Below are positions 60,058 to 64,000 of a stretch of DNA of 64,000 bases, piece after piece. Numbering within the stretch: the first letter of the stretch is position 1; every line of letters starts with the position of its first letter. The DNA lies in the NCBI RefSeq assembly GCF_000002075.1, contig NW_004797451.1:388853-452852 (forward strand), read 5' to 3'. The notes beneath the pieces are model-generated. The model ran no database searches and had not been told where the DNA came from. It saw nothing but the letters and a program-made list of their open reading frames with translations. The position numbers and the translations under genes were made by a program. Source of the stretch: Aplysia californica. Taxonomy: Eukaryota.

Positions 60058-62211
60058 TTAATTTATATCGGGTGTATTTCTGGAGATATAGGCAATGTAA
60101 ATACCTGCTCAATGTCAAGGACACCTCCATGACTCGACAAGGCCTACTCTGAGCAAAGCAGGCTGTATCAATAGACTCAAGTAATAATTAATGCTTGACG
60201 TGGTCCTTGTCTTAAAAGTTTCTGCTTGTGTTAGTACTACTACTTTTACACCTGTGTTACTACCACTACTTTTACCACTTTTTTGTCCCTTTACGTTTTG
60301 CCTTTGGTGTCTTTGTCAGTAGCTGTGTGGTAAATGTAAGCATAGCTAGCTCCAAATCTCTCATGTTGTACTCTTCTCCTGTGAGAGCTATTTATTCTTT
60401 CTCTTTAATTTATTATTGTATTCTTATTATCAGAAACTCTTGTGGTGCCAACAATACGTAGGCCTGCGCGAGATGGGTAATGTCTGATTGCGGTAAGATT
60501 TAATGTTCAGCTCACTCACAGCCTGTTACAGTTTGTCCTGTAGTGTTGAATGTGTTGTGCCAGACGACACATAGGGGAATGCAGAGTTATGTAAATAGAG
60601 AAAAAGGCTCATGGCATATTATACTTGTTTACCAAAAGTGAAAGTGAAAAAGGCTGACTGAATAGACCAATGTGCCCCTCAAGGAGGCTTTCATTTCCTA
60701 CCTGTTTAGCAGTTTGAAAGTGTTGAGTTCGAAACTTTGTGCCACTGACCTGTCTTGTGGTTTATAGCTACCAGTCTTTTTGTCTTTTACATGCTCTCGT
60801 TGAAATCCTGACATTACTTTATTGCCAAGAATAAAGATGTGCGGAGAGGGTACCGGTATCAGGGCTACATCCAATGGAAGATTACGGGAATTTTTATAAA
60901 GAGCTATTATTGTGAGGGAAAAGTGATCCCAGTCATGTTTATGAAGGAGATCTTTATGATTTAAATTCTGGAGCTTGTATGTAAGCAACTAGGGATTTTT
61001 CTTTTTTTCCTTTTTTTTTCATCACATAAATGATCCTTTCCCTGTACACTTTTTGCCAGTTTTTTATTTTATAATGTTCTTCCTTCACCTCTAGGAACTT
61101 GAGATTTCATCGACTATTTTAATCCTTTTTTTTTTCCCACCATGTTTAGCCAAACTTTTAATTTGTACTAGCTACAAGGCACTTATAGGTTAAGAAATGC
61201 CTCGCACTGATTTCACATACACAGAGTGATTATGAGCACTGCAAATTGTCCAATTCTCCGTTCCTGACACGTGTGTAGAGTCAGTACTCAGTTGTAATGA
61301 GGGCCTCCTGTGTAGTAGTTTTTTGCTGTTGTTGCAGAGGGTGTCTCAACTCAAAATACAAGCATATATTAAATTATTGTTCTTGTGTGGAAAACTGGGA
61401 TCAAAATGACTGTGTTGGACAAACTTGTATTTTGCAACATGTTCAGAACTGAGTTTGACCGTGCTTCTGTTTGCTAACGCTGTAGATTCTGGATCGAACT
61501 GGATTTTTAAGACTGCTGCACACAGACAGTACTGTATGTAGTGGGAATCAAGGTTGGATAAACTTATTATATCCGAGTGCTAAAACAGACTGGGACTCAG
61601 TTGTCTAACTCAAATTACTTTCTGCAACTTTCAGGTTGTTTAAGTTCATTTATTCCATTTTCGTGGTAAACACAAGAGTAGTACGAGGGGCTAAGTAATG
61701 CGTGCTTCGGGATAGATTGGTTTTCCTTTTTTGTCTGGTTTCCTAAACCGTTCTTAAAGAAATTGAACAATGATTTATTTCCTTCGTAATGGAAAAGTTT
61801 CCATTCTATTACAAAATGTTAAACAAGGATATTTTGAGTCTCAGATTTTCCCACCTTGGACCAGGTGCCATCGATATGCTATCTTAGTTTCATGTCCTTT
61901 TATGAGATAGGGGTTGTTCTGCTATTTGATCATAAGTCAGTTTGATTGTCTTATCGGGGGACTGTTATGTCTTGTCGCCGCCTGCAATTTGTCACCTTGA
62001 TCACAGACTGAGGGGATAGGAAGATTAGTGAGCTATCTATCACTTTTCTTCACCATGTTCCGACAAGTAGAGGAAAACTTTGGTTTATGTGAATGCTTTT
62101 TGTCTGGTGTGAGAGCTCCTGTGGTGAGATGTTTCTCATCGATTGAATTTACCCGTACTACTGTAGCAGCTGGATGTTTAGTACTGGATGTTCAGGCTGT
62201 TTTGTGGTTTC

Positions 62212-62217
62212 AATAAA
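62212..62217 (+). terminator. Candidate distal polyadenylation signal
   Basis: AATAAA followed by GT/T-rich downstream sequence; other AATAAA near 57314, 58246 and 60830 are alternatives. Confidence 0.4.
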
Positions 62218-63444
62218 GTTTGGTGTTACTCTACACTCTCTTGGTTGTCTCTCTTGCCCAGATCATCAAACTATTTGAAGTTTTTTGAGCCGACTTGTAC
62301 ATGATCTCAAGCATGTTGAGCCCCCTCATGCCGATCAGAAATTCATCACATAATAATATCATGCACGCAATTTATTATAATGATGATAGGCCGATTTTGG
62401 AATCAGAATATATGCCCCCTTCTCATACTCAAGGTTGCGTTGTAGGCCAGTACATAACATAATATTCTATTTCTCACATAATGAAAAGTTTTGTCAGTGA
62501 CAAAGTATCATAGAGATCTATTTCGAGTGTCTCAGATTTTTCCCACTTTGCTCACGATGCCAACAATATGCGGGATGGGTTCTCTTTCACTTAAGAGATT
62601 TATTTTTAAAATGTTTTAAAATTTTGTTGGGGGCTGCATTTTGATTATGGGTAACTTGCATTATCCTTTTATCGGGAGGGGGGGGGGGTCCTCGCTATCA
62701 CATGTAATTTATTGAGATCACCAAATACTGGGAAAATTTGAAGATAAGAAGCTAGAGGCTATCGCTGGAGGGAAAAAAACATTGAAAGTGCTCAAAGCAA
62801 AAATAAATTGGACAATCAATTGAACATGACCCTTGTTTCCACAACTTCACCCAAATTTCTCAAGGAACATTTGAAAGTGTAACGCTTTACTATACATGTA
62901 CTATAAGACTGCGTGCTTCCCAGGAAGTTGAGATTGTTTCAGAATGCTGTCAGGTCTGCTGGAGTAATAATAATATAGATTCTAAAGCGCATGGAGTTAA
63001 AGCTTGCTGTTGACGGGAAATTTGCAATATACAAAATTAATGCTATCTATCTATTAGGTCTATTATTAATATTATTATTATTAGAAGACTTGTGCCAAGA
63101 TGGAGCACAGCACGGGGCTGACTGGGATACAAATAACATCTTAAGCAGACAACAACAAACTTTTCCTCTGTCGTTTATCGAACTCACGCCTTCTACGTGT
63201 GCGATGGCGAAGAGTCTAATAATATATTTGCCACAGAAGCTATCCCCAGAAGTTTATGAGCTCAGGCCCACAATGATGTCTAGCATTTTATTTCCGTAAC
63301 ACGGTGCTTCGATGGGTGGTAACTCGGCACAATTGACACCAACATTCCAACAATTGCGGAGTTGCTGTGTAAGGACAACAGTCTATAAGTTAGGTTATTC
63401 TTTATTAAACTAGATACTGGCAAACTGGTTTGGTGTTTTGTCAC

Positions 63445-63539
63445 ATACACACATGCGCGGGCGCGCGCGCACACGCACACGCGCACACACATTCGCACCC
63501 ATGCACCAACCCCAATGCATTCAAGATTGTTGATCACCG

Positions 63540-63606
<67 letters not shown>

Positions 63607-63634
63607 GCGCGCGCGCGCGTGTGTGTGTGTGTGT
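63445..63634. repeat. Compound (CA)/(GC)n - (CT)n - (GC)n(GT)n microsatellite
   Basis: Direct inspection. Confidence 0.9.
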
Positions 63635-64000
63635 TCGTGCGAGCAGTTGCGAAAGCTGACTCGTTTGACAGGGTAAACAGATACAAAGAACAACACAGAG
63701 ATGAGACCACACATGAAAAGCTTTCCCACAGTGACAATAGGAACATAATTTACACTTTTTATTCGAGGCGCCTTCACGGAGTTGTGAATGAAAACAAACC
63801 CTGAATTTCTTGTTGTGTATTCACCACCAAAATGTTCTAGAAAATATCTTACTTATCATGCTTATTCTCATTTTAGGCAAAACGTAAGTATTAACTTGTA
63901 ACATGAGATACCAATATTATTCGTCGCTAGATTTTTAACAGTAAAATTGACTAAGATGTGAAACTCAAATTGAAGGCAAAGAAGCAGAGATGATATTACT

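Overview
Repeat-rich animal genomic DNA from a gapped draft assembly; the repeat content looks mollusc/gastropod-like, which is an inference. The main feature is one multi-exon + strand gene for the V-type H+-ATPase V0 subunit a (116 kDa, ATP6V0A1/Vph1 family), with ATG at 21793 and TAA ending at 55888. I traced 20 canonical coding exons with GT-AG junctions in consistent phase. One conserved exon (about 98 nt) is missing and probably lies in the N gap at 22610-23014; with it the protein is about 836 aa. The first ~21 kb holds tRNA-SINEs, MITEs (hAT, Tc1/mariner, Kolobok-type), LINE fragments and CLEAR/YY1-like promoter motifs. The most notable observations concern splicing: (i) a 45-bp tandem array that copies an exon's 5' splice site four times with an in-frame stop; (ii) a 46-bp array that runs into a 3' splice site; (iii) a candidate 15-nt microexon; (iv) two candidate alternative exons in the TM6-TM7 loop; (v) retroposon tails sitting just upstream of several acceptors. 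No prokaryotic-type system (CRISPR etc.) is present.
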